Positions 1 through 11,632 of a stretch of DNA of 57,046 nt are shown here, piece by piece. The stretch is from NCBI GenBank assembly GCA_021432655.1, contig MU271243.1:68780-125825 (forward strand), written 5' to 3'. The notes under the pieces are model-generated. The model did not search any database. It saw nothing but the letters and a program-made list of their open reading frames with translations, and had not been told where the DNA came from. The stretch's first letter is position 1. Each line of letters begins with the position of its first letter. Origin of the DNA: Atractiella rhizophila (taxonomy: Eukaryota). The position numbers and the translations under genes were made by a program.

Positions 1-174
1 ACATTCTCTACCCAATTCTTGAAGGTCTTGAAGAGTTCTGGGGCCTCTGATTTCTTCTTGAGGAAGGCAATTGTGCAATGATTTGTTGCTTCGTCCATGA
101 AGGTGACCCAATATCGATATCCTTCTCTGGAAGTGACTGGAAGGGGTCCATGCAGGTCTGAGCTGATTCTACCC
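1..174 (-). pseudogene. Ty1/copia integrase (rve) fragment
   Basis: The minus strand reads ...SSDLHGPLPVTSREGYRYWVTFMDEATNHCTIAFLKKKSEA, paralogous to 2130-2280. It abuts the LTR at 175. Confidence 0.85.
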
Positions 175-395
175 TGAGAGAATCTGATGCTGGATGGAGC
201 TAGGGGACAGAGATTGGTGGTCAAAGATGATGACATTGATAGGGAAACACATACCTAGGGGACAGAGATTGGTGGTCAAAGATGATGACCGCCTAAACTG
301 CCCCCTAGGGGGCTAAAATTCCGAAATGAAGCAAACACAACAAAGGTGGCTGACCACACAACACAAGACCACAAAATATAACACCTAATCCAACA
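175..395 (-). repeat. 3' LTR (copia LTR type 1, 221 bp)
   Basis: Near-identical to 4006-4226 (4 substitutions seen). Contains a ~35-bp internal direct repeat and the palindrome gccccctagggggc (300-313). Confidence 0.93.
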
Positions 396-407
396 CTCCC
401 ACCTGGG
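396..407 (-). other. Polypurine-tract-like site (CCCAGGTGGGAG) before the 3' LTR
   Basis: Directly precedes TGTTGG of the LTR on the minus strand. The same motif precedes the LTRs at 4822 and 8006. Confidence 0.8.
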
Positions 408-621
408 CAGCCACCTCTTGAAGCTCCCACCAAATCCAAGAACCATCCAAGATAGCCACCGAACAAAGCTCCCACCCAATAAAGACAGCATGAAATAGCA
501 TGGCAAAAGAAAACATATTAGTTGACTGTCTAAAACCAGTAGAGAGATCCTCGTACCGCTTAAAGCGGCGTCTTATAACCCCCAGAAGGAGGACAGAGTT
601 TTATTGCGCCCCATAACTGCC

Positions 622-3600
622 TCATGCACTTGGGTAGGGGCGCAGATCCATCATTTCTCGGAATTTTGCAACTCCAGCAACCGGTAAAGCCTTGGTGAGG
701 AGGTCTGCAGGCATAGACTCGCCAGGGCAGAAGACTGGGGTGATGAGTCCAGATTCTACTGTGTCCCTGAGCCAGTAGAAGCGAAGATCCAAGTGCTTCA
801 TGCGCCTGTGGTGCTCCGGATTCTTGCTGACTTGCAAAGCGCTGTTGCTGTCCATGAAAAGTGTTGTCGAACCTTTTGGAGCGAAGCCAATCTCTTGCAG
901 AAGACTTCTGAGCCAAACCACCTCGCCTCATGCCAGTGTTTCGCCTCTGGAGTCTTCATGGCTTCTGCATACGTCTTGGGGATGTGTTCCTGCGTTCCTA
1001 CAGCCATGGCATGCTCAGTAACCTCCATAAAACCATACTCCAACGCTTCAGGCTCTGTAATAATCCAACAATCCTTAGCCATCATTGCCAACTCGTCCTC
1101 AGAGCTCTCCTCCTGTGGTTGGGGCAGCTTGGGTGCCTTCCAGAACTCGACTGGTGGTCTCCTCTGCCGTTCAGGATAGCGTCTTTCGACTGGTGGAGGA
1201 GCTGCAGGGACAGGGATAGCTTGAGGAGGCGTCATTTGGAGAGGATCAGGCGATTCTGTCTGTCTTCCCACCATCATTAGTCCAGTCCAAGGGTCTCTCT
1301 GAGGAACAAGACGTAGTGGGGGTGTTACTGGCCGCTCTGGAGCAACCTGTGGCCTGTCTGGTGCTTCTTCCCTGTCTTGCTCCGCTTCCTGATCTTCTCC
1401 TTCATCCCTCAATCCTTCAAAACGATTTGGGGACTCCACCCGAAGTCTCCCCTGCTCTCCCTGATCTTCCAAAACGTCCTCCTCCTCTTCATCTTCACCA
1501 AAATCCAAAAGGACGGCAGGAGCATCTCTCTTTCCTTCTCCCACCTGATCCTGACGTTCTTTCCACTCATCCAGTGGCCCCTGAGGCGGTTCCAACGCGT
1601 TTTCCTTCCTCCTGACTTTGCAAAGCATCTCCCTCTCATCAAATTTCGCAATATCTCGAGTGTAGACCTTCTTAGTGACTGGATCCCAGAAATCCCAGCC
1701 TTTAGCGTTGGTAGAGTAACCTATAAAAGCACATCTGCGTGTATGGGATGCCAGACTGTGGCTTCTTTCGTCCTTCTGAGACGTGAAATATCGACTAGTT
1801 GTCCTGTCAATTTCGTGTAGGGAATGGAGTGATTGATGGAGGAAGAAGGGGATCTGTTTCTGATATGAACGATAGCCGTGGCAAGATGAGGCCAGAGGAA
1901 TAGTGGCAAACCAGATTCCTCCAGTGTCGCCACCATACCCTCCTGAATCGTCCTGTTTGCTCTCTCTGCTCTCCCATTTTGATGTGGAGAGTTCCTAATC
2001 GTTTGCTCACGCTGGATGCCACAGTTTCGCAGATATTCATCAAACTCCTTTGAGGAATAGGCTCCTTCTTTGTCTTCTCTGAACCGCTTGACCTTCTTCC
2101 CAGTTAGGTTCTCCATCATTTCCCTGTATTCCTTAAAGCGTTGAGGCGCCTCTGATTTCTTCCTGAGGAAAGCGATCGTCCAGTGACTTGTTGCCTCGTC
2201 TATAAACGTCACCCAATAGCGAAATCCTTCTCTTGAAGCAACTGGGAGCAGTCCATGAAGATCTGAGCTGATCCTCCCTAAAATTTCCGTCTCCTATTCT
2301 CTGCAGCCTTGTTGTAGATCCTATGCTGCTTCCCAGCGATGCAGGGCTCACAGATGGGGTCAGGAGCATCTTCTGAGTCCAGAATCATTCCCTTCACAAG
2401 TCCTTTCTTCAGCATTCGCTTTACATCTTCATGATTCAAGTGGGCAAGTCTCCTGTGCCATAGGGAAGCATTGAGAGGGGTAGTGGAGGCGTGTGCAACG
2501 GTTTCTGAGGCCATGAGTGTTCTTCCATCTATGAATGGCACTCATGCTTCCTCTCCTGTGATCAACTGTCGCTGTGAAACAGGGATTTCCAGCCTTGAGG
2601 AAGCGTACTCTGCTCCCAATGATGGTCACAGTCACTCCTTCGAAGATAGTAAGCTTGAAAACTGATAGCAGATTGCTACAAAGCTTGGGAACGTGTAGGA
2701 CATCTTGGATGGTGACCTTCTTCGATTTTTTATCCTCCAATTTTGCCTCAATTACCACCTCTCCAATCCGAGTTGACCAGATCACTTCTCCATTAGCAAC
2801 TCTGATGGGTACAACGTGTTTTCGATAGGATTTGAAGAATCGGTGCTGTGGGGTCATTGATGAAGTTGCCCCTGTATCTATAAGCCAGTCAGTCCCAGCT
2901 TTCTGGCGACTAATGGCATCATCTACTGCTGCATAGCTGGTCTCCCCAGCGAATTCTGACCCTTCCCCATCCACTTGAGCTTCCTTTGCCTCTTCCAGCT
3001 TCCCATACTTTGTCCTGTACTTGTCTAGCTCGATCCTATTGTGTCCAGTGGGTGTTTCTGGACAATGGGAGACGAAGTGGCCCTTCCTGTGGCAGTAGTT
3101 GCACTCAGGTTGCGAAAAAATGCGAGTTCCACCTCTTCCTCCACCCCTACCACCTCTGGGACGCCATCCTCCTTGTCCTTTGTTGCTGCTGGATGCCTGA
3201 TTTGCCATTTGAGTGTTGGAGATGGCTTCCTCTGAGTTCTTGGTGGCTTGGATTGAGTGGAACACCTGTTTGATCGATTGGAGGTCAGTAGAGGTCATGA
3301 GGGTGATGTTCTGGACGAAACTAGCGTATTCTGGGCCTAAGGAGCGAATGAGAGCGAAGGATTGAAGATCTTCCTTCAAATCATCAAGGGAATAGTCCGT
3401 GGAAAGTGTGTTGGTGAAGTCCAGGAGGATCTGGTCGCTTCTGGCACACGGGGTGATGAGAGATTCGCTTTCCTTCTTCTGGAGGGCAAGGAGGGTGTTG
3501 AGAGCAGTGAAACGAGTTGAGGAGCGCTTCTGTTGGTGGATTTCTTGAAGGGTAGACCAGATCTTGACTGGATCTTGAAGGACAGAGACGACATGGGCTT

Positions 3601-3955
3601 TCGGGTTCACTTCTAGGCTAAGGAACAGGATCCCAGCCGCTTTGGAGCTGTCCTTTTGCCACTGTTTTTGCTCCTTCAAATCTTCTGGTTTTGTCTCTAC
3701 TCCAGAGACTATCTCCCATAACCCCTTTCTCATCAATTCCACCTGCATATCAATGCACCAGGTGCCATAGTTCTTCTCTCCAAGGGGGGTAATCAAAATT
3801 TTTTCTTTCTTCAGCCATGGTGATAAAATTTGAGTTTGGATCGTCCGATCTTCGTAGAAATGGGTGGATATAGGCATAAGGGGGTCTCGTTCATGATCCC
3901 AAAGTTTCAAACCGATGGGACAACGGATGGCTGAGTGATGAAAATTTTCAACCAA
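622..3955 (-). pseudogene. copia gag-pol polyprotein, frameshifted and lacking RT
   Basis: ORFs 2429-3955 (gag, CNYCHRKGHFVSHC knuckle, protease), 2278-2541, 1721-2212 (integrase, PHQNGRAER), 798-1628 and 622-921 (RNase H, MPADLLTKAL). Confidence 0.9.
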
Positions 3956-3995
3956 GTGGGTGGCAAAACTGATCTGTCAATCCCTAGCCACCTCT

Positions 3996-4005
3996 CTCGC
4001 TACCA
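3996..4005 (-). other. Primer binding site, probably tRNA-iMet (TGGTAGCGAG)
   Basis: Immediately follows the 5' LTR on the minus strand and resembles the Ty1 iMet PBS TGGTAGCGCC. Confidence 0.75.
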
Positions 4006-4226
4006 TGAGAGAATCTGATGCTGGATGGAGCTAGGGGACAGAGATTGGTGGTCAAAGATGATGACATTGATAGGGAAACACATACCTAGGGGACAGAGAT
4101 TGGTGGTCAAAGATGATGACCGCCTAAACTGCCCCCTAGGGGGTTAAAACTCCGAAATGAAGCAAACACAACAAAGATGGCTGACCACACAACACAAGAC
4201 CACAAAATAAAACACCTAATCCAACA
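4006..4226 (-). repeat. 5' LTR (copia LTR type 1, 221 bp)
   Basis: Direct repeat of 175-395 with TG..CA ends. Confidence 0.93.
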
Positions 4227-5002
4227 AGGAGCGGTCAGTTGGAGCAGCAAACTACAATCCCTCATTGCTCTTTCTACTACGGATGCGGAATATGTCTCAG
4301 GAGTCTCAGCGGGTCAAGAAGTTGTCCGGCTAAGGAATCTTCTAGAAGAAATCGGCTTCGCTCCTCAAGGTCCTACTCCCCTCTTCAGACAGCAGCAGCG
4401 CTCTCCAGGTATCCAAGAACCCTGAGCACCATGGTCGAATGAAACACCTGGACCTTCGCTTTTATTGGCTCAGAGATGTTGTTGAGATGGGCAAGATCAG
4501 TCCAGTCTTCTGTCCGGGGTCAATACGCGTGCGGACCTCCTTACCAAGGCACTTCCAGTCGCCAGCATAGACAAGTTTTGAGTTATGATGGGTTTGCGTC
4601 CCTACCCAAGTGTCTGAGGCAGTTATTGGGCGCAATAAAAATTCCTTTCCTCCTCTGTGGGGTTATAAGACGCCGCTTTAAGTGGTGCGAGGACTTTCCC
4701 TCTTCTTTTCACTGCAAAACTAATATGCTTTCTGCTTTATATAGAGTATACATTGTACACATTCGGTGGAAGATGCTCTGGATGTGGTGGGAGCGTCAAG
4801 AGAAAGCTGCCCAGGTGGGAGTGTTAGTTGCAGCGTGTTGTGTTGGTCATCTGTCTCTTATGACTCATATGAGTCATCACTATGTAGTTTAGTTTTGCCT
4901 AGGAGTGTTGGCGCTCATTATTGACCACCTAGGTATGTCTCTCTATACTTCATTAATGCCTCATTATTGACCACCAACTACTCCTAGCCTTAGATCCTTA
5001 CA
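4227..5002 (+). mobile_element. 3' part of a second copia element: RNase H, PPT and LTR type 2 (4822-5002)
   Basis: GAVSWSSKLQSLIALSTTDAEY motif, then cccaggtgggag, then a 181-bp tgttag..cttaca LTR that recurs at 8006-8186. Confidence 0.85.
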
Positions 5003-5876
5003 CCAAACACTTCATGCGCTATCTCAAGGGCACTCAAGACATGTGCATGGAGCACTCTGCCACAGATTTTGATATCTCTCGACCATTCAAGGCATATTAT
5101 GATGCAGACTTTGCAGGGTTGCAAGGATACTGGCCGGTCCACTGGAGGATACCTCTTAACTGTCGGAGGAGGAGCAGTTAGCTGGAGTAGCAAGTTGCAG
5201 TCTCTTGTGGCACTCTCTACCATAGAGGCAGAATATATCTCTGGGGTATCAGCAGGGCAAGAGGTGGTATGACTCAGGAAGCTTTTGCAAGAGATGGGTT
5301 TTGCTCCAAAGAGTCCTACAAAGCTTTACACAGACGACAATAGTGCCCTTCAAGTCAGCAAAAATCCAGAACATCTGGACACATGAGACACTTGGATCCT
5401 CACTTCTACTGGCTCAGAGATGTTGTAGAAGCAGGCCAAACCACCCCAGTCTTCTGTCCTACTGAGTCCATGCCTGCAGACCTCCTTACCACCCAGCTAC
5501 TGGAGTCGCCAAATTCTGACACATGATGGGTCTGCATCCCTGTCCAAGAGTTTGATGATAAATAGGAGGGTACTGGGTAGATACCAGAGACTGGACAGGT
5601 GGAGGGAAATACATGCTTGTCATGAAGAGAGCCAACTTCGGCACCCTTGACAAAGCAATCTCCACTTCATTTAACAAGCTGTTATCCCAAACTCTCTGTG
5701 GGAAGCATAGCTATACGAATCCCATAGCTGTGTCAGTTACCTAGAATTATTATAGGAGAACTTTGAAAGATTTCAATTGTTATCATTTCATTTGAAGTGT
5801 TTGCTCCTGCTCAAGACTTCATGTCAGGTTTGCATCTTACACAAATTGGCGCCCATTCGCCGGATTGCGTCTCCTA
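4339..5876 (+). repeat. ~1.54-kb segmental duplication, copy 1 (copy 2 at 7520-9058)
   Basis: Colinear near-identical sequence at an offset of ~3.18 kb, spanning several nested TE junctions. Confidence 0.92.
5003..5560 (+). pseudogene. copia RT-end/RNase H fragment (host element of the nested LTR)
   Basis: MRYLKGTQD..DADFAGCKDTGRSTGGY..AVSWSSKLQSLVALSTIEAEY, with stops. Duplicated at 8187-8740. Confidence 0.85.
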
Positions 5877-8186
5877 ACAGATCTCCCTGAGCTTCGATCA
5901 ACCATGCTATTCCCCACACGAAACTCACTGGACTTACTCTAACCATCTCAAGATTCAGAATCATTGGATGCACTGCCTACATTCAAGTTCAGAAAGATGA
6001 AAGGCCACACAGCTTAGGATCTCATACACGAAAATGTGCATTTATAGACTATTCTCTTGCAGTGAAAGGGTGGGAGTTCTGGGATCCTGTTGCAAAGAAG
6101 GTCTACGTTCGAGATGTTGCCAGATGTGATGAGAGAGAGATGCCCTGTAAGGTGAGGAAGGAGAAGATTACGTGGAAGAGCCACAGGGACCACTTGATGA
6201 GTGGAAGGAGCGTCAGGATCAGGTGGGAGATGGACAGAATAATGCTCCAGCCACTCCTCCAGCTAGGATTTCGCTAGATGACGACGATGAAGATGAAGAT
6301 GGATGGATTCAACAGCCAGGAGCACCTCCTACACCTCAGGAACAACCCAGACCACTTAGAATACAGTCTCCAAATCGATTTCAGCCCCTTCAGGTTGAAG
6401 AAGAAGAAGAAGAAGAAGAAAGAGAGCCGTCTCCAGACCCACTACAGCCTGAACGCCCTAGAACACCACCTTGTCAGTACACTATGGAGAGAGATCCCTG
6501 GACAGGAGTTCACATGCCTAGATTCTCAGAGTCTCCAGATCCCCTCCAGATCCCTCCAACAACACCCGATCAACCTCCTCCAGCAGCTTCAACATCTCCT
6601 GTCACCAGGCCTTCAAGAATTTATTCTACAAGTAGAGGACAACCTGTAGACAGATTTAGGACCCAGAAGCACCTCAAAGCAACGAAGAAGGATCAGCAGA
6701 CGAGCTGGGGATGTTGGTAAAGGAATGTGACATCCTGACAGAGTATATGCTTGTCACAGAGCGGGCCATGAGTGCAGCAACAGGAGTAGAGGTCCCTCAG
6801 TCATATTCAACAGCAATGGCAAGCCCAAATGCAAAGGAATGGCATGAAGCGACAGTGAAGGAGATTCATCTCACTTGGACAACAAGAGTTGGATTCTGAT
6901 CAAACCGCCTAAAGGAGGAAAAATCGTTGGTTCTCATTGGGTGTTTGCGGTTAAGAAGAAGTCGGATGGTTCTATTGAGCGCTTCAAGGCCAGATTCGTC
7001 ATCAAGGGGTTCTCTCAACGCCCTGGATTCGACTACTTTGATACTTTCACATCTACGGTCAAATGGGCGACACTTAGGACGATTCTTTCACTCGCTTATG
7101 TCTTGGACATGGAGTTGGAGTCAGTGGATATCTCTACGGCATTCCTTAACAGCGATATGGATGCAGAAGTCTATGCACAACAACCAGAAGGTCATCCACA
7201 GGGTCCCCCAGAGTACGTTCTCAAGCTAATCAAGGCCATCTATGGCACAAGGCAAGGAGGACGTCAATGGCAGAAGAAACTCGATAAGGAACTTGTCGAT
7301 ATGGGATTTAAGAAGATCAAGAGCGACTCTAGTCTGTGGATTTACTCGAAGGGGGACATCAAAGTACTTGTCCCGGTCTTTGTGGATGATATTACAATCG
7401 CTAGCACATCAAAGGGTGCTGTAGAGGACTTCAAGAGGGAGTTAGGGAAGCGATTCAAACTCAGAGACCTTGGACCAACGGAATTCCTACTTGGGGTTCG
7501 TATTAGGAGGGATAGAAAGCTTCTAGAAGAAATCGGCTTCGCTCCTCAAGGTCCTACTCCCCTCTTCACAGACAGTAGCAGCGCTCTCCAGGTATCCAAG
7601 AACCCTGAGCATCATGGTCGAATGAAAAACCTGGACCTTCGCTTTTATTGGCTCAGAGATGTTGTTGAGATGGGCAAGATCAGTCCAGTCTTCTGTCCGG
7701 GGGTCAATACGCCTGCGGACCTCCTTACCAAGGCACTTCCAGTCACCAGCATGGACAAGTTTCGAGTTATGATGGGTTTGTGCTCCTACCCAAGTGTATG
7801 AGGCAGTTATGGGGCGCAATAAAAATTCCTTTCCTCCTCTGTGGGGTTATAAGACGCCGCTTTAAGCGGTGCGAGGACTTTCCCTCTTCTTTTCACTGCA
7901 AAACTAATATGCTTTCTGCTTTATATCGAGTATACATTGTACAAATTCGGTGGGAGATGCTCTGGATGTGGTGGGAGCGTCAAGAGACAGGTGCCCAGGT
8001 GGGAGTGTTAGTTGCAGTGTGTTGTGTTGGTCATCTGTCTCTTATGACTCATATGAGTCATCACTATGTAGTTTAGTTTTGCCTAGGAGTGTTGGTGCTC
8101 ATTATTGACCACCTAGGTATGTCTCTCTATACTTCATCAATGCCTCATTATTGACCACCAATTACTCCTAGCCTTAGATCCTTACA
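5877..8186 (+). mobile_element. 5'-truncated copia element: integrase C-terminus, RT with deletion, RNase H, PPT, LTR type 2 (8006-8186)
   Basis: ORF 6875-7801 has RVT_2 motifs (ERFKARFV, VDISTAFLN, LIKAIYG, VFVDD) and jumps from RDRK directly into RNase H (LLEEIGF). Confidence 0.9.
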
Positions 8187-9058
8187 CCAAACACTCATGC
8201 GCTATCTCAAGGGCACTCAAGACATGTGCATGGAGCACTCTGCTACAGATTTTGATATCTCTCAACCATTCAAGGCATATTGTGACGCAGACTTTGCGGG
8301 TTGCAAGGATACTGGCCGGTCCACTAGAGGATACCTCTTAACCGTTGGAGGAGGAGCAGTTAGCTGGAGTAGCAAGTTGCAGTCTCTTCTGGCACTCTCT
8401 ACCACAGAGGCAGAATATATCTCTGGGGTATCAGCAGGGCAAGAGGTGGTATGACTCAGGAAGCTTTTGCAAGAGATGGGTTTTGCTCCAAAGAGTCCTA
8501 CAAAGCTTTACACAGACAACAATAGTGCCCTTCAAGTCAGCAAAAATCCAGAACATCTGGATGCATGAGACACTTGGATCCTCACTTCTACTGGCTCAGA
8601 GATGTTGTAGAAGTAGGCCAAATCACCCCAGTCTTCTGTCCTACTGAGTCCATGCCTGCAGACCTCCTTACCACCCAGCTACTGGAGTCGCCAAATTCTG
8701 AAACATGATGGGTCTGCATCCCTGTCCAAGAGTTTGATGATAAATAGGAGGGTACTGGGTAGATACCAGAGACTGGACAGGTGGAGGAAAATACATGCTT
8801 GTCATGAAGAGAGCCAACTTCGGCACCCTTGACAAAGCAATCTCCACTTCATTTAACAAGCTGTTATCCCAAACTCTCTGTGAGAAGCATAGCTATACAA
8901 ATCCCATAGCTGTGTCAGTTACCTAGAATTATTATAGGAGAACTTTGAAAGATTTCAATTGTTATCATTTCATTTGAAGTGTTTGCTCCTGCTCAAGACT
9001 TCATGTCAGGTTTGCATCTTACACAAATTGGCGCCCATTCGCCGGATTGCGTCTCCTA
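7520..9058 (+). repeat. ~1.54-kb segmental duplication, copy 2
   Basis: Matches 4339-5876. Confidence 0.92.
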
Positions 9059-9440
9059 TCGCCCATCTGCGTTCCCCGCGAATCGGCGCCTGTTCGCCCG
9101 TTTGCATTCTATACAAATCTGCGAACTGTTGCCACTCTGCGTCTCCTGTGCATCACCACTTAGCTCATTTGTGTCTATTCTCCGCTTATTAACTCCGCGT
9201 AATCCCACTGTCACTTCCCCCTTTTAGTTCTCTTACATGTTTCATTTGCTCTCCTCTACACTTTGTGGCAGTGCTATTCCGCTTGTATATATAGATCAGA
9301 GAGTAGTGGAGGTGACCCCAGAGTATTCTCTTAGGTTTATCTCCACTATAGGTTAGTCTTCATGTCATATCATGCCCTTAGGTTTATCTCCACTGCGACG
9401 CATCGCCTGTCGGCGACCGCACATAGTGTCAGCCCTAACA
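9004..9440 (+). mobile_element. Ty3/gypsy solo LTR with 4-bp TSD (ttca)
   Basis: TGTCAGG...CCCTAACA ends, homologous to the LTRs at 34958, 45195, 45677 and 53849. ttca occurs on both flanks. Confidence 0.88.
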
Positions 9441-9627
9441 TTCAGCTCCGGCTCTCATAGCCGGAGGTTATATCTAAAAGACCCCCACCAAGAAGGTACT
9501 GTGAAATTTCTATCCACATGATGCATCTCAGAAGCCACATCTGGAATGACAGTCTCTATGAGATAATACTTGTGACTGAGCTGGGTACTCCACCGGGTTA
9601 CATTATGATCAATTAATAGACAGGAAA

Positions 9628-11498
9628 TCAATCTACACTATGCCTACCCCACGTCTTTGTGCCCATCTCGTGCAAACGACTCACGCATCGCACAAAGGCA
9701 AATATCTCTTCTTCTCCGGTGAACAGTGGGGAAGAACCGATGTTCACGGCTAGACCCTAAAATACTGGCTTAGCAGCACACTGATAACTAATAAGGGCCC
9801 ACCAAATCGTCCATAATGCTCCGCTGTTTTGAATCAAGGCTGTCATTACTGTTGGCCGTATCCGCCGAGAAGATTTCGAAGACCGGAACATCAGAAAGTG
9901 CAAAGAGCTTCGTCTTCGCCTCCTTTGTGTTAATGTCATGTCAACGCGACCCAGCCCACTCGAAAACAAAGACGAACATAACAGGAATCGATGAAAGTGA
10001 TTAGTCTGCGTGCTTTATCGCGCTCATTCATTGTAAGTTTGGGGATATTTTCAATGAAAATGATGTCAAAAGTCTTGGTGAGCTCTAAGTAATCTGCTGC
10101 CGACATGGGCTTTCCGCATAATTCCTCGAAGCTGAACTTTGCGACTTGTGAAGTGGATTCTGGGACCGAGACTATGCCAAGGTCAACCTCTCCAGTGCGA
10201 ATTTAGGTGGCTCCTTACGTGGTCGACCCCAAACTTCTATATTATGCCCATATCGTACTGGCTCGTGATCTGTTAGGGCTTCAAATATCTTCTTGAACTC
10301 CCGCGTATTGGCTTTATCTTGTGGATAAAAATATACTCTAGACAACGCCTTTGGTTGTTTTCTGTAATCTGCATAGAATAGATGCATCAGATGAGGTTCA
10401 GACCACAGTGAATTGCTAACCAGTACCGGAATCCAAACATTTTACGACATAATTATCTTCTAGAAGGTCGATGCAAGGTAAAAACGATTCACGTTGAAGG
10501 CCATTCTTGTATAAATCTCTCGGAGCGCGGCTGACATCTTTCCAGTCCGCTCGGACCATTCTGCGGAAGGTAGAAACTTACTTGGACGTCATTACACAAA
10601 CTGTCCCATACTGGATCAAGCCTTCCAGCAGCCGGCGGAGGATCATCGCGTCAGCGATGTCAGTGACCTTTCTGCGTGATAAATCAATTGATGGTGCTTT
10701 GAACAGCAGTAACGATACCTGGAATTCGTCAAGGCAGAGGATGTTGGCCTCCTCCGAGATGCCGTTGGCGACAGGCATCACTAGGTCTTCGCGATCCCCA
10801 TTTTCCTGCTTCAGCCGATGGAGGGTCTTGTGAATGTCAACCATGAATTGATGGAAATGGACTCGTTTGGATGTTAGACGAGGCGAAAGGGAAGAGGAAA
10901 CCGAATCATAAAACAGGTCCATAAGAAAAGATTTGCCTTTTTGGACGTCAAGAGAAGCCATAATATCAGGACGATGCTCACCACACCCGACGTCACCATA
11001 GAGGTAAATTCCATTCGGGGTTCTGGCTTCAGGGGAGGTCGAGGAACGTTGCCCGAAAACGGACGGTAGCTGATTTCCGGGGTTAGATTTATTACCCTGA
11101 CAGTAAAGCGTACCCAACGATGCCGCTTGGCCACATCTTCTAACACCGGCACACGCCGCCAATTCTTGAGTTGAATGTACAGACTCTGTAAATTGCTCAG
11201 CACATTCTGCTGATGCTCGTCATGAGCGATCACGCCCCTGTCAAGGAGACGCTGATAGAGGACAGCAGGCGAGCGTTCGTCTGAATAGGCTCCGTTCGAG
11301 AAATGGCGGTGAGGTATGGGACCGAGGAAAGGAGTTCGACGGAACCGTCTTTGGGGGAAAGCATGCCTGCATCCCTGGTTAGGTATCTCTCAAGAGGCAC
11401 AGCTACACTCACGCTAGTAAACGATTGTTCCTCATACAACTGGTTCCTCAGCGGCCTCAGCCTCAGCAGATTCACTTTGGTTATTGTTTCTTGACATG
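9628..11498 (-). CDS. AFG1: AFG1/LACE1-family mitochondrial ATPase (multi-exon; start uncertain)
   Basis: [20 protein letters not shown] Walker [40 protein letters not shown]. Stop TGA at 9628-9630. Several GT-AG introns. Confidence 0.88.
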
Positions 11499-11632
11499 GT
11501 ATTTCCGCCCGTCCACCACAACTGTGAGCCAAGGCGAAATGAAACGACGATCCGCTCTCTTCCCTTCTTCCTTATTTACCACCGCCTCCGTGTGCTTTCA
11601 GTTTCAGTTCGCCAATAATTTCGACTCAGTTC

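Larger units (their letters stand above)
175..4226 (-). mobile_element. Ty1/copia LTR retrotransposon, internally deleted (RT missing)
   Basis: Two 221-bp TG..CA LTRs, a PBS and a PPT. Domain order is gag/CCHC, protease (WLIDTGATSSM), GAG-pre-integrase (LWHRRLAHLN..CEPC), integrase, RNase H tail. Flanks differ (taccc/aggag), so there is no TSD. Confidence 0.93.

Noticed and set aside
6397..6420. (GAA)8 microsatellite as a separate functional element
   Set aside because: It encodes a poly-Glu stretch in the low-complexity linker of the copia polyprotein.
8959..9227. Short ORFs in LTRs (also 34915-35230, 45184-45549, 45762-46062, 54070-54261)
   Set aside because: They lie within LTR copies, frames are not conserved among copies, and no protein motifs are present.
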